DNA of 64,000 nt from Prochlorococcus sp. AG-679-M10 (GTDB lineage Bacteria; Cyanobacteriota; Cyanobacteriia; PCC-6307; Cyanobiaceae), in NCBI GenBank assembly GCA_003210655.1, contig QCUQ01000003.1:9428-73427 (forward strand). The letters run 5' to 3'. The notes under the pieces are model-generated. The model was not told the DNA's origin, did no database searches, and was given only the letters and a program-made list of their open reading frames with translations. Of the stretch, positions 56,383-64,000 are shown in pieces. The position numbers and the translations under genes were made by a program. Positions within the stretch are counted from its first letter, which is position 1; the number at the start of each line of letters is the position of its first letter.

Positions 56383-56739
56383 TTAATCAATTAGTTCACC
56401 AGTTTTTTTTAATCTCCTTTTCTTGATTCCTTCTTTATCAATAAAATATTCAATTTTACTTATTAAATTTTTATCCTTAGAAAAAAACATTACATTAGAT
56501 GCATGTAATGATGCTTCTTCTGTCAATATTCTCCCACTTTCTCCTTCTTGAGTAGGTTTAACGTGTTTTGTTCTAAGATTTATTCCCTTGACCACGACTC
56601 TATTCTCTAGGGGAATAGTTTTTAAAACTTCGCCAGTCTTTCCCTTTTCTTTGCCGTTAATAACTTTTACTAAATCTCCTGTCTTAATTCTCATTTTTGT
56701 TCGTTTGAAGTTTTTCTTTTGTTTAAGTGAGTCCAACAT
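56383..56739 (-). CDS. rplX: 50S ribosomal protein L24
   Basis: KOW motif [16 protein letters not shown]; HASNV. Confidence 0.98.
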   Translation of the reverse strand: MLDSLKQKKNFKRTKMRIKTGDLVKVINGKEKGKTGEVLKTIPLENRVVVKGINLRTKHVKPTQEGESGRILTEEASLHASNVMFFSKDKNLISKIEYFIDKEGIKKRRLKKTGELID

Positions 56740-57105
56740 TTAAATCACCTCCGGAGCTAAAGAAACAATCTTTGTAAAATTCTTATCGCGTAATTCCCTT
56801 GCTACTGGACCAAAGACTCTAGTGCCTTTGGGATTTTTATCTTCGTTAATCAAAACAGCTGCATTATCATCAAAACGAATGGAGTTACCTGTATTTCTTC
56901 TCAAAGTATGTCTTGTCCTAACTATAACTGCTTTAACTACATCTGATTTTTTTACACCCATATTTGGCAATGCGTCTTTTACTGATGCAACTACGACATC
57001 TCCAACATGAGCATATCTTCTATTTGAACCTAGCACTCTTATACATTGAAGTCTTTTAGCTCCACTGTTATCAGCAACTGTTAGATAAGTTTCCTGTTGA
57101 ATCAT
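56740..57105 (-). CDS. rplN: 50S ribosomal protein L14
   Basis: [21 protein letters not shown]. Confidence 0.99.
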   Translation of the reverse strand: MIQQETYLTVADNSGAKRLQCIRVLGSNRRYAHVGDVVVASVKDALPNMGVKKSDVVKAVIVRTRHTLRRNTGNSIRFDDNAAVLINEDKNPKGTRVFGPVARELRDKNFTKIVSLAPEVI

Positions 57106-57368
57106 TTTTTATCCTCCTTAATCTTTATGGTTTTATTTAGAATTTCCTCTATTGCCCATCTTTTATGAGCACTTAGCGGTTTTGTTTCTTTAATTTTAAC
57201 TCTATCTCCCAAAACACATGAGTTTTCCGGATCATGTGCCTTGTAGCGAGTAGTTTTACTTACAATCTTTTTATAAGTTGGATGTGGGTATCTATTAATA
57301 ACAGCAACAACAACTGTTTTGTCCATTTTGTCGCTTACAACAGTACCAATTCTTTCTTTAAGTGCCAT
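57102..57368 (-). CDS. rpsQ: 30S ribosomal protein S17
   Basis: [19 protein letters not shown]. Confidence 0.98.
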   Translation of the reverse strand: MALKERIGTVVSDKMDKTVVVAVINRYPHPTYKKIVSKTTRYKAHDPENSCVLGDRVKIKETKPLSAHKRWAIEEILNKTIKIKEDKK

Positions 57369-57373
57369 AATAA

Positions 57374-57592
57374 TTAATCAGCGGTTTTTTGAGAAGTGGA
57401 TTTACTTTTGCTAAGAGTAAGTAATTGAGCAACTTGTTTCTTAATGATTTTAAATTGATGAGTTTCATTAAGCTGTCTTGTTGCCTGTTTGAATCTTAAG
57501 TCAAATAGATCTTTACGTAATTGATCAATTTTTTCAGAAATTTGAGAAGAATTTAACTTTCTAAATTCATTTAAAGATTCTGAGTTTTTCAT
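57374..57592 (-). CDS. rpmC: 50S ribosomal protein L29
   Basis: [10 protein letters not shown]; position between rplP and rpsQ. Confidence 0.96.
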   Translation of the reverse strand: MKNSESLNEFRKLNSSQISEKIDQLRKDLFDLRFKQATRQLNETHQFKIIKKQVAQLLTLSKSKSTSQKTAD

Positions 57593-58071
57593 TTTTTAAC
57601 CTCCTCTGTTGATCCTTTCTCAATCTTTGCTTCTATTGATGAATCACTACTTAGATTTTTATCACTAGAAATAAATTTTGTTTTTACTGGTAATTTGTAT
57701 TGGGCTAAGCGCATAGCTTCTTTGGCAATTTCTTCCGTAATCTCTTCACCACCCATTTCAAATAAAATTCTTCCAGGTTTTACTACAGCTACCCAAAACT
57801 CCGGATTACCTTTTCCTGATCCCATCCTAGTTTCAGCTGGTCTCATAGTGACTGGTTTATCTGGAAAAATACGAATCCATATTTTTCCACCACGTTTCAC
57901 ATACCTTGTCATAGCTCTTCTACTGGCTTCAATCTGACGAGCAGTTACCCACCCACAGTCTTGAGCTTGGAGTGCAAACTGACCAAATGCAATGGTATTA
58001 CCTTTGGAGGCAATTCCTTTCATTCTGCCTCTATGCTGTTTTCGGAATTTAGTACGTTTTGGACTAAGCAT
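57589..58071 (-). CDS. rplP: 50S ribosomal protein L16
   Basis: [15 protein letters not shown]. Confidence 0.99.
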   Translation of the reverse strand: MLSPKRTKFRKQHRGRMKGIASKGNTIAFGQFALQAQDCGWVTARQIEASRRAMTRYVKRGGKIWIRIFPDKPVTMRPAETRMGSGKGNPEFWVAVVKPGRILFEMGGEEITEEIAKEAMRLAQYKLPVKTKFISSDKNLSSDSSIEAKIEKGSTEEVKK

Positions 58072-58082
58072 TTTTATACCTC

Positions 58083-58814
58083 CTATGAATTCTCATTTGA
58101 ACGATCCTCAAATTGCTGAGGTTTTCGACTTCCTTTCCTTCTTGGAATGGCCCCAACAGGAATAGTTTGTTCTTCTTTCGGAAGGACCTCCCCTTTGAAA
58201 ACCCAAACTTTAATTCCCAAAACACCATAAGTTGTATTTGCTTCTCGTAGTGCATAATCAACTTCAGCTCTCAAAGTATGAAGAGGAACCCTGCCTTCTC
58301 TAGTCCATTCTGTTCTAGCTATTTCTGCACCATTCAGTCTTCCTCCAACTTGCACTTTCAAGCCAAGAACACCAGCCCTTTGTGCTCTTTGCAAAGCCAT
58401 CCTTATAGTTCTTCTAAAGGCAACTCTTTTTTCTAATTGTTGTGCTATGTATTCAGCAAGTAAATAGGCATCAGCATCAACTCTCTCCACTTCAACTACA
58501 TTAATTCGAACTTGCCTGGTTCTATCTCCTATAGTTTTTTGTATACCTGATCTCAATTCCTCAATACCACTTCCTTGTCTTCCTACAATCACTCCAGGTC
58601 TAGCTGTTTTCAATTCGAGTTCTAACTGATCGGCTTTTCTAGCAATTAGAACATCACTAATTCCAGCTGAACTATATTTCTTTTGGATAAAAGTACGAAT
58701 CTTGTCATCCTCTTGTAATAGAGTTGGATAAGTTTTAGAAGTAGCGAACCATTTTGAACGGTGTTCTTGTGTAATGCCTAACCTAAACCCTGTTGGATTA
58801 ATTTTATTACCCAT
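58083..58814 (-). CDS. rpsC: 30S ribosomal protein S3
   Basis: [30 protein letters not shown]. Confidence 0.99.
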   Translation of the reverse strand: MGNKINPTGFRLGITQEHRSKWFATSKTYPTLLQEDDKIRTFIQKKYSSAGISDVLIARKADQLELELKTARPGVIVGRQGSGIEELRSGIQKTIGDRTRQVRINVVEVERVDADAYLLAEYIAQQLEKRVAFRRTIRMALQRAQRAGVLGLKVQVGGRLNGAEIARTEWTREGRVPLHTLRAEVDYALREANTTYGVLGIKVWVFKGEVLPKEEQTIPVGAIPRRKGSRKPQQFEDRSNENS

Positions 58815-59200
58815 TAGTTTTGTGCCTCCGTATTAGTTTGATTAGGAGCAGATTCAACAGAAATACTTATATGGCAAGTCTGTTTTTTGATAGAGAAAGC
58901 TCTGCCTTGAGCTCTTGGTCTAAACCTTTTCATCACAGGACCGTTGTCTGCCGAAGCTGAAGATATTACTAATGAGGAGGGGTCCATACCCAAGTTATGT
59001 TCTGCATTAGCTACTGCAGATCTTAAAACCTTAGTAATAGGATCAGTAGACCTATATGGCATAAATTCCAACATAATAAGTGCGTCTCTATAAGATTTAC
59101 CTCTAATTTGATCGAGAACCCTTCTTACTTTTGATGCAGAACCACGAATATATTTACCGTGAGCAATAGCTGTTTTTGTCATTTCAGGTGTTTTTGTCAT
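58814..59200 (-). CDS. rplV: 50S ribosomal protein L22
   Basis: [17 protein letters not shown]. Confidence 0.98.
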   Translation of the reverse strand: MTKTPEMTKTAIAHGKYIRGSASKVRRVLDQIRGKSYRDALIMLEFMPYRSTDPITKVLRSAVANAEHNLGMDPSSLVISSASADNGPVMKRFRPRAQGRAFSIKKQTCHISISVESAPNQTNTEAQN

Positions 59201-59476
59201 TTATCTTGCCCCCTTTTTATCTCTTAAGTGGCCACGATAGGTTCTAGTAGGAGCAAATTCACCTAATTTATGGCCGATCATTTGTTCAGTTATAAATACT
59301 GGTATATGAGCCTTACCATTGTGAACAGCAATTGTATGACCAATCATAACAGGAAGGATAGTCGAAGATCTAGACCATGTTTTGATGACTGATTTATCAT
59401 TATCAGTATTTTGTTTTTCTACCTTTTTAAGCAAACTATCTGCTATAAAAGGCCCTTTTTTTAATGAACGTCCCAT
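59201..59476 (-). CDS. rpsS: 30S ribosomal protein S19
   Basis: [19 protein letters not shown]. Confidence 0.99.
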   Translation of the reverse strand: MGRSLKKGPFIADSLLKKVEKQNTDNDKSVIKTWSRSSTILPVMIGHTIAVHNGKAHIPVFITEQMIGHKLGEFAPTRTYRGHLRDKKGAR

Positions 59477-59484
59477 AATTTATA

Positions 59485-59508
59485 AAATAGAAATAGAAAT
59501 AGAAATAG
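59485..59508. repeat. hexanucleotide microsatellite (AAATAG)x4 in rplB-rpsS spacer
   Basis: AAATAGAAATAGAAATAGAAATAG read directly. Confidence 0.85.
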
Positions 59509-59514
59509 TAGTAA

Positions 59515-60378
59515 TCAAGAATCTCTTCCTCCTCTACTTCTCTTAGAAATACGACGACGTCTCCGAACAACTAATTTGTTACTTGGCTTGTTTTTCTTAC
59601 GTGTCTTTAATCCAAGTGCTGCCTTACCCCATGGAGTTACAGGACCTGCTCTACCAATCGGAGCTTTTCCCTCTCCTCCTCCATGTGGATGATCACATGG
59701 GTTCATAACACTACCTCTTACTTGAGGTCTTCTACCTAACCATCTTCTTCTGCCTGCTTTTCCTAGGCTAGTATTACGTATTTCAGAATTACCTACTTCA
59801 CCTAAAGTTGCATAACATTCCTTGCGTACCAGTCGAACTTCAGTAGATGGGAGTTTTAAAGCGACATAATCACCTTCTTTAGCCATTAGTTGTGCACTAG
59901 CTCCTGCAGATCTGACCATTTGAGCACCTCTGCCAGCATATAGTTCTACACAATGAACACTCGATCCTAATGGCATGGAAGATAGGGGCATTGCATTACC
60001 TTCTTCAATTGGAACACCTTCACCAGAAATGACATTTTGACCAACTTTTATTCCGGCTGGCGCGATTATATATCTTTTCTCTCCGTCTTCATAAAATAAA
60101 AGTGCAAGCCTAGCATTTCTATGAGGATCATAATGAATAGCTGCAACCTTGGCATTAATATTTTTTTTGTCTCTTCTAAAGTCAACTAATCTATATTGTC
60201 TTTTATGTCCGCCCCCTCTGTGACGACAGGTTATAACTCCTCTATTATTTCTCCCTTTATTCCTATGCTTAGAAACTATTAATGATCTTTCTGGTTTTGA
60301 ACCTGTAATCTCACTAAAGTCAGTAACAACTCTTTGTCTAGTCCCAGGTGTGTAGGGTTTGAATTTACGAATAGCCAT
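59515..60378 (-). CDS. rplB: 50S ribosomal protein L2
   Basis: [20 protein letters not shown]. Confidence 0.99.
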   Translation of the reverse strand: MAIRKFKPYTPGTRQRVVTDFSEITGSKPERSLIVSKHRNKGRNNRGVITCRHRGGGHKRQYRLVDFRRDKKNINAKVAAIHYDPHRNARLALLFYEDGEKRYIIAPAGIKVGQNVISGEGVPIEEGNAMPLSSMPLGSSVHCVELYAGRGAQMVRSAGASAQLMAKEGDYVALKLPSTEVRLVRKECYATLGEVGNSEIRNTSLGKAGRRRWLGRRPQVRGSVMNPCDHPHGGGEGKAPIGRAGPVTPWGKAALGLKTRKKNKPSNKLVVRRRRRISKRSRGGRDS

Positions 60379-60390
60379 AATAAATACTTC

Positions 60391-60693
60391 TTAAGATTCT
60401 GGGAATAGTTGAATTTTGTCTCCCTCAGCAAGACGGACAATTGCCTTTTTGACTTGAGAACGTTTCCCGGAGAATTTACCGACTCTTCTTGTTCTCCTTG
60501 GAGGATTCATAGTTTTTATTCCTATAACTTTAACACTAAACAAGGCCTCAATTGCTGCCTTTATCTCAGGCTTTGCGGCTCTATGATCTACCTCAAATGT
60601 ATATTGGTTAAGGTCTAGCGCATTTGTCGCTTTTTCTGTAATTACAGGTTTACGAATTATATCTGCTAGACGTGAATCAAATAATTTACTCAT
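60391..60693 (-). CDS. rplW: 50S ribosomal protein L23
   Basis: PVITEKA, KKAIVRL. Confidence 0.98.
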   Translation of the reverse strand: MSKLFDSRLADIIRKPVITEKATNALDLNQYTFEVDHRAAKPEIKAAIEALFSVKVIGIKTMNPPRRTRRVGKFSGKRSQVKKAIVRLAEGDKIQLFPES

Positions 60694-61322
60694 GATGCAT
60701 AAACCTCCTGAATTTTATTGATTGCTGATTGACCAATTACTAACTTATTAGCGTTAAGAATATCAAAAACATTTAATTGATCAGCAGCAATTAATTTTAC
60801 CTTTTCAATATTATTAATAGATTTTTTGATGACATCAGTGGGATCATCAAGAATAACTAAAACCTTTTCTGTTTTTTCTATTCCTAGTCTAGAGAGACCC
60901 TTAATTATCTCACTAGTTTTTGGTTGGTCTAATGTTGAAGCAAAATCTTCAACAGTTTTGATATCAGCAATCCTAGACATTAGTGCGGTTCTAAGTGCTA
61001 ATCTTCTTTCTTTTCGGTTCATATCTAAATTATACGAACGTGGTTTAGGGCCAAAAATCACTCCCCCTCCTGGTCTTAATGGAGTCCTAATTGATCCTTG
61101 ACGAGCTCTACCGGTACCCTTTTGCTTATATGGTTTCCTACCGCCTCCACGAACTTCAGACCTCGTTAAAGTAGAAGCTGTGCCCTGTCTTTTGTTAGCT
61201 AGTTGTCTAAGAACAGCTCTATGAATTAAATCAGCAGAAGATGTCTCTTTAGCAACTTTTAAGTCAATTGAAACCTTACCAGCCTTTTTGCCATCCCATT
61301 TTAAAGTTTCTAGTGTTGTCAT
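60690..61322 (-). CDS. rplD: 50S ribosomal protein L4
   Basis: [23 protein letters not shown]. Confidence 0.99.
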   Translation of the reverse strand: MTTLETLKWDGKKAGKVSIDLKVAKETSSADLIHRAVLRQLANKRQGTASTLTRSEVRGGGRKPYKQKGTGRARQGSIRTPLRPGGGVIFGPKPRSYNLDMNRKERRLALRTALMSRIADIKTVEDFASTLDQPKTSEIIKGLSRLGIEKTEKVLVILDDPTDVIKKSINNIEKVKLIAADQLNVFDILNANKLVIGQSAINKIQEVYAS

Positions 61323-61972
61323 GATTTTGCTCCTACTTTGTTACCTACAACATTATTAGGCCTTATATTTACTATCGAGCCAGGTTTACCTGGTACCGAA
61401 CCTTTCACTACAAGCAAATTTTTCTGATCATCAATTTTGACTACTAGTAAACCCTTTGTGGTGATTTTTTTCCCTCCATATCTTCCTGCCATTCTTTTGC
61501 CAGGATAAATTCTACCTGGAGTTGTTCCAGCACCTGTGGATCCTGGTGCTCTATGATTTTTAGAACCATGACTCATAGGTCCTCTACTAAAACCATGTCT
61601 TTTTTGATATCCAGAAAAACCTCTACCCATCGATTTACCGCTAATATCAACTTTCTGACCGACCTCAAAATTTGAAACAGTTATTTCTTTTCCAACCTCA
61701 TAAGAAGAAATCTCCTCTACTCTGTATTCCTTTAAATGCTTTAAAAGTGTTTCACCTGATTTTAGTAAATGACCTTTCTCAGGCTTACTCAGATGCTTAT
61801 CCTTTGATACTCCGTAACCTATCTGTATAGCTTGATAACCATCCAAAGGTTTAGATTTTAATTGTGTTACACGACAAGGTCCAGCCTCTATAAGAGTAAC
61901 CGGTACAGCATTCCCATCATTATCAAATAATTGGGACATGCCCAATTTTTTTCCTAAAATTCCTATAGACAT
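61319..61972 (-). CDS. rplC: 50S ribosomal protein L3
   Basis: [28 protein letters not shown]. Confidence 0.99.
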   Translation of the reverse strand: MSIGILGKKLGMSQLFDNDGNAVPVTLIEAGPCRVTQLKSKPLDGYQAIQIGYGVSKDKHLSKPEKGHLLKSGETLLKHLKEYRVEEISSYEVGKEITVSNFEVGQKVDISGKSMGRGFSGYQKRHGFSRGPMSHGSKNHRAPGSTGAGTTPGRIYPGKRMAGRYGGKKITTKGLLVVKIDDQKNLLVVKGSVPGKPGSIVNIRPNNVVGNKVGAKS

Positions 61973-62213
61973 AAAACTTGAATATGCTAGCTCATAAATA
62001 ATTTTTGGATAATTGCCAAATCTCTTTCAAGTTTTAACAATGTGATCGATCAAAAATTTAATTCATTAGTAGGAGTGAGACTTATCTAAAATTTGATAGT
62101 TTCTCTTGGGGTTAAACCCATCCCAAATTTTTTAACGAAACGCTAAAAACGTGAAAGTTTCAGAGGCTCGGCTAGCTTGCGAGCTTATAAAAATTCACCG
62201 AATACAAATTGTA
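61973..62213 (-). promoter_or_regulatory. putative rplC operon promoter and long structured leader
   Basis: TACAAT -10-like box at 62213-62208 (minus); hairpins at 62077-62105, 62106-62126, 62166-62184. Confidence 0.55.
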
Positions 62214-62265
62214 CATCATCAAGTACCATAAAATGAAATAATATATAAAAAAACGGAATCTTTTT

Positions 62266-62736
62266 ATGCCATTACTTCTGACAGGGAAAAAGTTTCTTAA
62301 TGATTTAAATAAAAATAAATGTTTAGCTATGTTTGCTCCTCTAGAGGGCGGATATGAAACTCGTCTTTTAAGAAGAATGCGAGCTAAAGGTTTTAAAACT
62401 TACATAACTTCTGCCAGAGGATTAGGCGATCCTGAAGTATTTTTATTAAAATTACACGGTATAAGGCCACCTCATCTCGGTCATCAAAGTATTGGCAGAA
62501 ATGGTGCTCTTGGAGAAGTTCAGCAAGTAATCCCTCAGGCGTCTGAACTATTTAATGAAAATGATAAGGATAAATTAATATGGCTATTGGAAGGTCAAGT
62601 TTTATCTCAATCTGAGCTAGAAAGCTTAATTAAAATCTGTACTACAGATAACAAACTAAAAATTGTTGTTGAAATGGGTGGTTCTAGAAAACTTGAATGG
62701 AAATCTTTAAATGATTACATATTGAATGAATTCTGA
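62266..62736 (+). CDS. ndhN: NAD(P)H-quinone oxidoreductase subunit N (cyanobacterial NDH-1)
   Basis: [16 protein letters not shown] and HGIRPPHLG motifs; divergent from rplC. Confidence 0.93.
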   Translation: MPLLLTGKKFLNDLNKNKCLAMFAPLEGGYETRLLRRMRAKGFKTYITSARGLGDPEVFLLKLHGIRPPHLGHQSIGRNGALGEVQQVIPQASELFNENDKDKLIWLLEGQVLSQSELESLIKICTTDNKLKIVVEMGGSRKLEWKSLNDYILNEF

Positions 62737-63736
62737 AATTGAGTTGTTTGAAAAAAATAAAAAGGGATCAGATAAATGGGTTAAATTAATTTGCGGGGCG
62801 AGCAATGAAGATATTGTTGCCATAGAAGATTTATGTGCAATTTATTCCGCTGCTGGAGTTGACTATATTGATGTAGCTGCTGACGAATCTATAGTTGAAG
62901 CCGCGAGAAATGGTATCAAATGGGCCAAGAAACTCTATGGTGCATCTCCTGGATTGATGATAAGCATTAGTGATGGAAAGGATATACATTTTCGTAAAGC
63001 TAAATTTGATCCATTGAAATGTCCCTCTAATTGTCCGAGGCCATGTGAAAAGATTTGCCCTACCTTTGCAATTGATTATTCTGGGGTTAAAGAAAATAAG
63101 TGCTATGGGTGTGGGAGGTGTATTAATAGCTGTCCCCTAAATTTAATTTCTGAATATGAATATAGATTGTCAAATAATGATTTACCACACATTTTACATT
63201 CAATTAAGCCTGATGCAGTAGAAATTCATACAGAAATCAATCGACTAGATTCCTTTATAAAAGTGGCAAATATTCTCAAAACTACAGGGATAAAATTAAA
63301 AAAAATATCTGTAAGTTGTGGAATAAATCAATCCCAAAAAGGAGCAAAAGATCTTTTAAAAGCACTCTGGGATAGATATGAAATTCTTGTTGAACATAAT
63401 GTGCCTTTAATTTGGCAGCTAGATGGAAGACCAATGTCTGGGGATCTAGCTCCAGCTACAGGTAAGGATACAGTTAAATTATGGAATAATTTAGGATCTC
63501 ATCTTCCCCCAGGGATAATTCAACTAGCAGGAGGAACTAATGAAAAAACTCATGAATTTTTAAAAATGAATAATTTGCCTGATGGAATTGCCTTTGGGAG
63601 TTCTGCTAGAAAAATAATGCAACCACTAATTGAAGAGGCCAACAAAAATAATAAAAAATTACATGAATATCCAGAAAAAATGGCTTTAGCAATAAAAAAA
63701 GCGCAAAAATTGCTTAACCCATGGAAAATCAGCTAA
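62726..63736 (+). CDS. ldpA: LdpA-like iron-sulfur protein (circadian input family)
   Basis: [50 protein letters not shown]. Confidence 0.9.
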   Translation: MNSEIELFEKNKKGSDKWVKLICGASNEDIVAIEDLCAIYSAAGVDYIDVAADESIVEAARNGIKWAKKLYGASPGLMISISDGKDIHFRKAKFDPLKCPSNCPRPCEKICPTFAIDYSGVKENKCYGCGRCINSCPLNLISEYEYRLSNNDLPHILHSIKPDAVEIHTEINRLDSFIKVANILKTTGIKLKKISVSCGINQSQKGAKDLLKALWDRYEILVEHNVPLIWQLDGRPMSGDLAPATGKDTVKLWNNLGSHLPPGIIQLAGGTNEKTHEFLKMNNLPDGIAFGSSARKIMQPLIEEANKNNKKLHEYPEKMALAIKKAQKLLNPWKIS

Positions 63737-63840
63737 TGCACCTATTTGGGTAAATTAAAAAACAATTAAAGAAAACTAGAATAAAATTTATATTTTTTTG
63801 ATAGAAAAAAATCTAGTAATGTATTAAAATAAAAATTCAT

Positions 63841-63912
63841 TGGGCCGTCGCCAAGTGGTAAGGCATCGGGTTTTGGTCTCGACATTCCTAGGTTCGAATC
63901 CTAGCGGCCCAG
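63841..63912 (+). tRNA. tRNA-Gln(UUG)
   Basis: TGGGCCGTCGCCAAGTGGTAAGGCATCGGGTTTTGGTCTCGACATTCCTAGGTTCGAATCCTAGCGGCCCAG; anticodon TTG. Confidence 0.97.
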
Positions 63913-63929
63913 TTCTAAAAGTTAGTTGA

Positions 63930-64000
63930 GTGAGCTCTCAGAAATTATTTCTATTTGATTTTGATGGGGTTATTGTTGATGGAATGAATGAATACTGGCA
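63930..64000 (+). CDS. HAD-superfamily hydrolase, N-terminus only (runs off window)
   Basis: GTG start, MSSQKLFLFDFDGVIVDGMNEYW with HAD motif I DxDG. Confidence 0.75.
   Translation, partial: MSSQKLFLFDFDGVIVDGMNEYW

Noticed and set aside
47263-61972. Absence of rpsJ, rpsN, rpmD, infA and rpsD from the S10-spc-alpha cluster
   Set aside because: Consistent with known cyanobacterial rearrangements (rpsJ is after tuf in this window); the others may lie elsewhere or be lineage-wide losses, so not novel.

Overview
AT-rich, gene-dense core-genome segment of a marine picocyanobacterium; gene content and protein sequences point to a streamlined high-light Prochlorococcus (inference). In order it carries hisD (partial), rpiA, an HtrA protease, the rimP-nusA-ylxR-infB operon, an ArnT/GT2 glycosylation pair, a radical SAM gene, clpS, dapL, rne-rnhB, pheA, the str operon with rpsJ, Fd-GOGAT, lipA, a resolvase-like gene, a serine hydrolase/NlpC-P60 pair, psaL-psaI and psaA-psaB, cbiG-cobJ, tRNA-Ser, alr, an HNH nuclease, prfA, the S10-spc-alpha ribosomal cluster, ndhN, ldpA and tRNA-Gln. 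I see no CRISPR array, prophage, IS element or multi-gene defence system. The signals most worth follow-up are: (1) a decayed tRNA-Thr(CGU) cloverleaf at 8530-8600 directly upstream of the ArnT/GT2 pair; (2) a serine resolvase lacking its catalytic residues but keeping its HTH and upstream res-like repeats; (3) an HNH protein whose N-terminus resembles the IscB PLMP domain (IshB-like architecture) with no room for a guide RNA; (4) +1 homopolymer frameshifts in psaA and in the Lon-N gene, probably sequencing errors; (5) structured leaders upstream of rne, psaA and rplC. psaI, rpmJ, the tRNAs and the terminal partial HAD gene are absent from the ORF track and were read manually.
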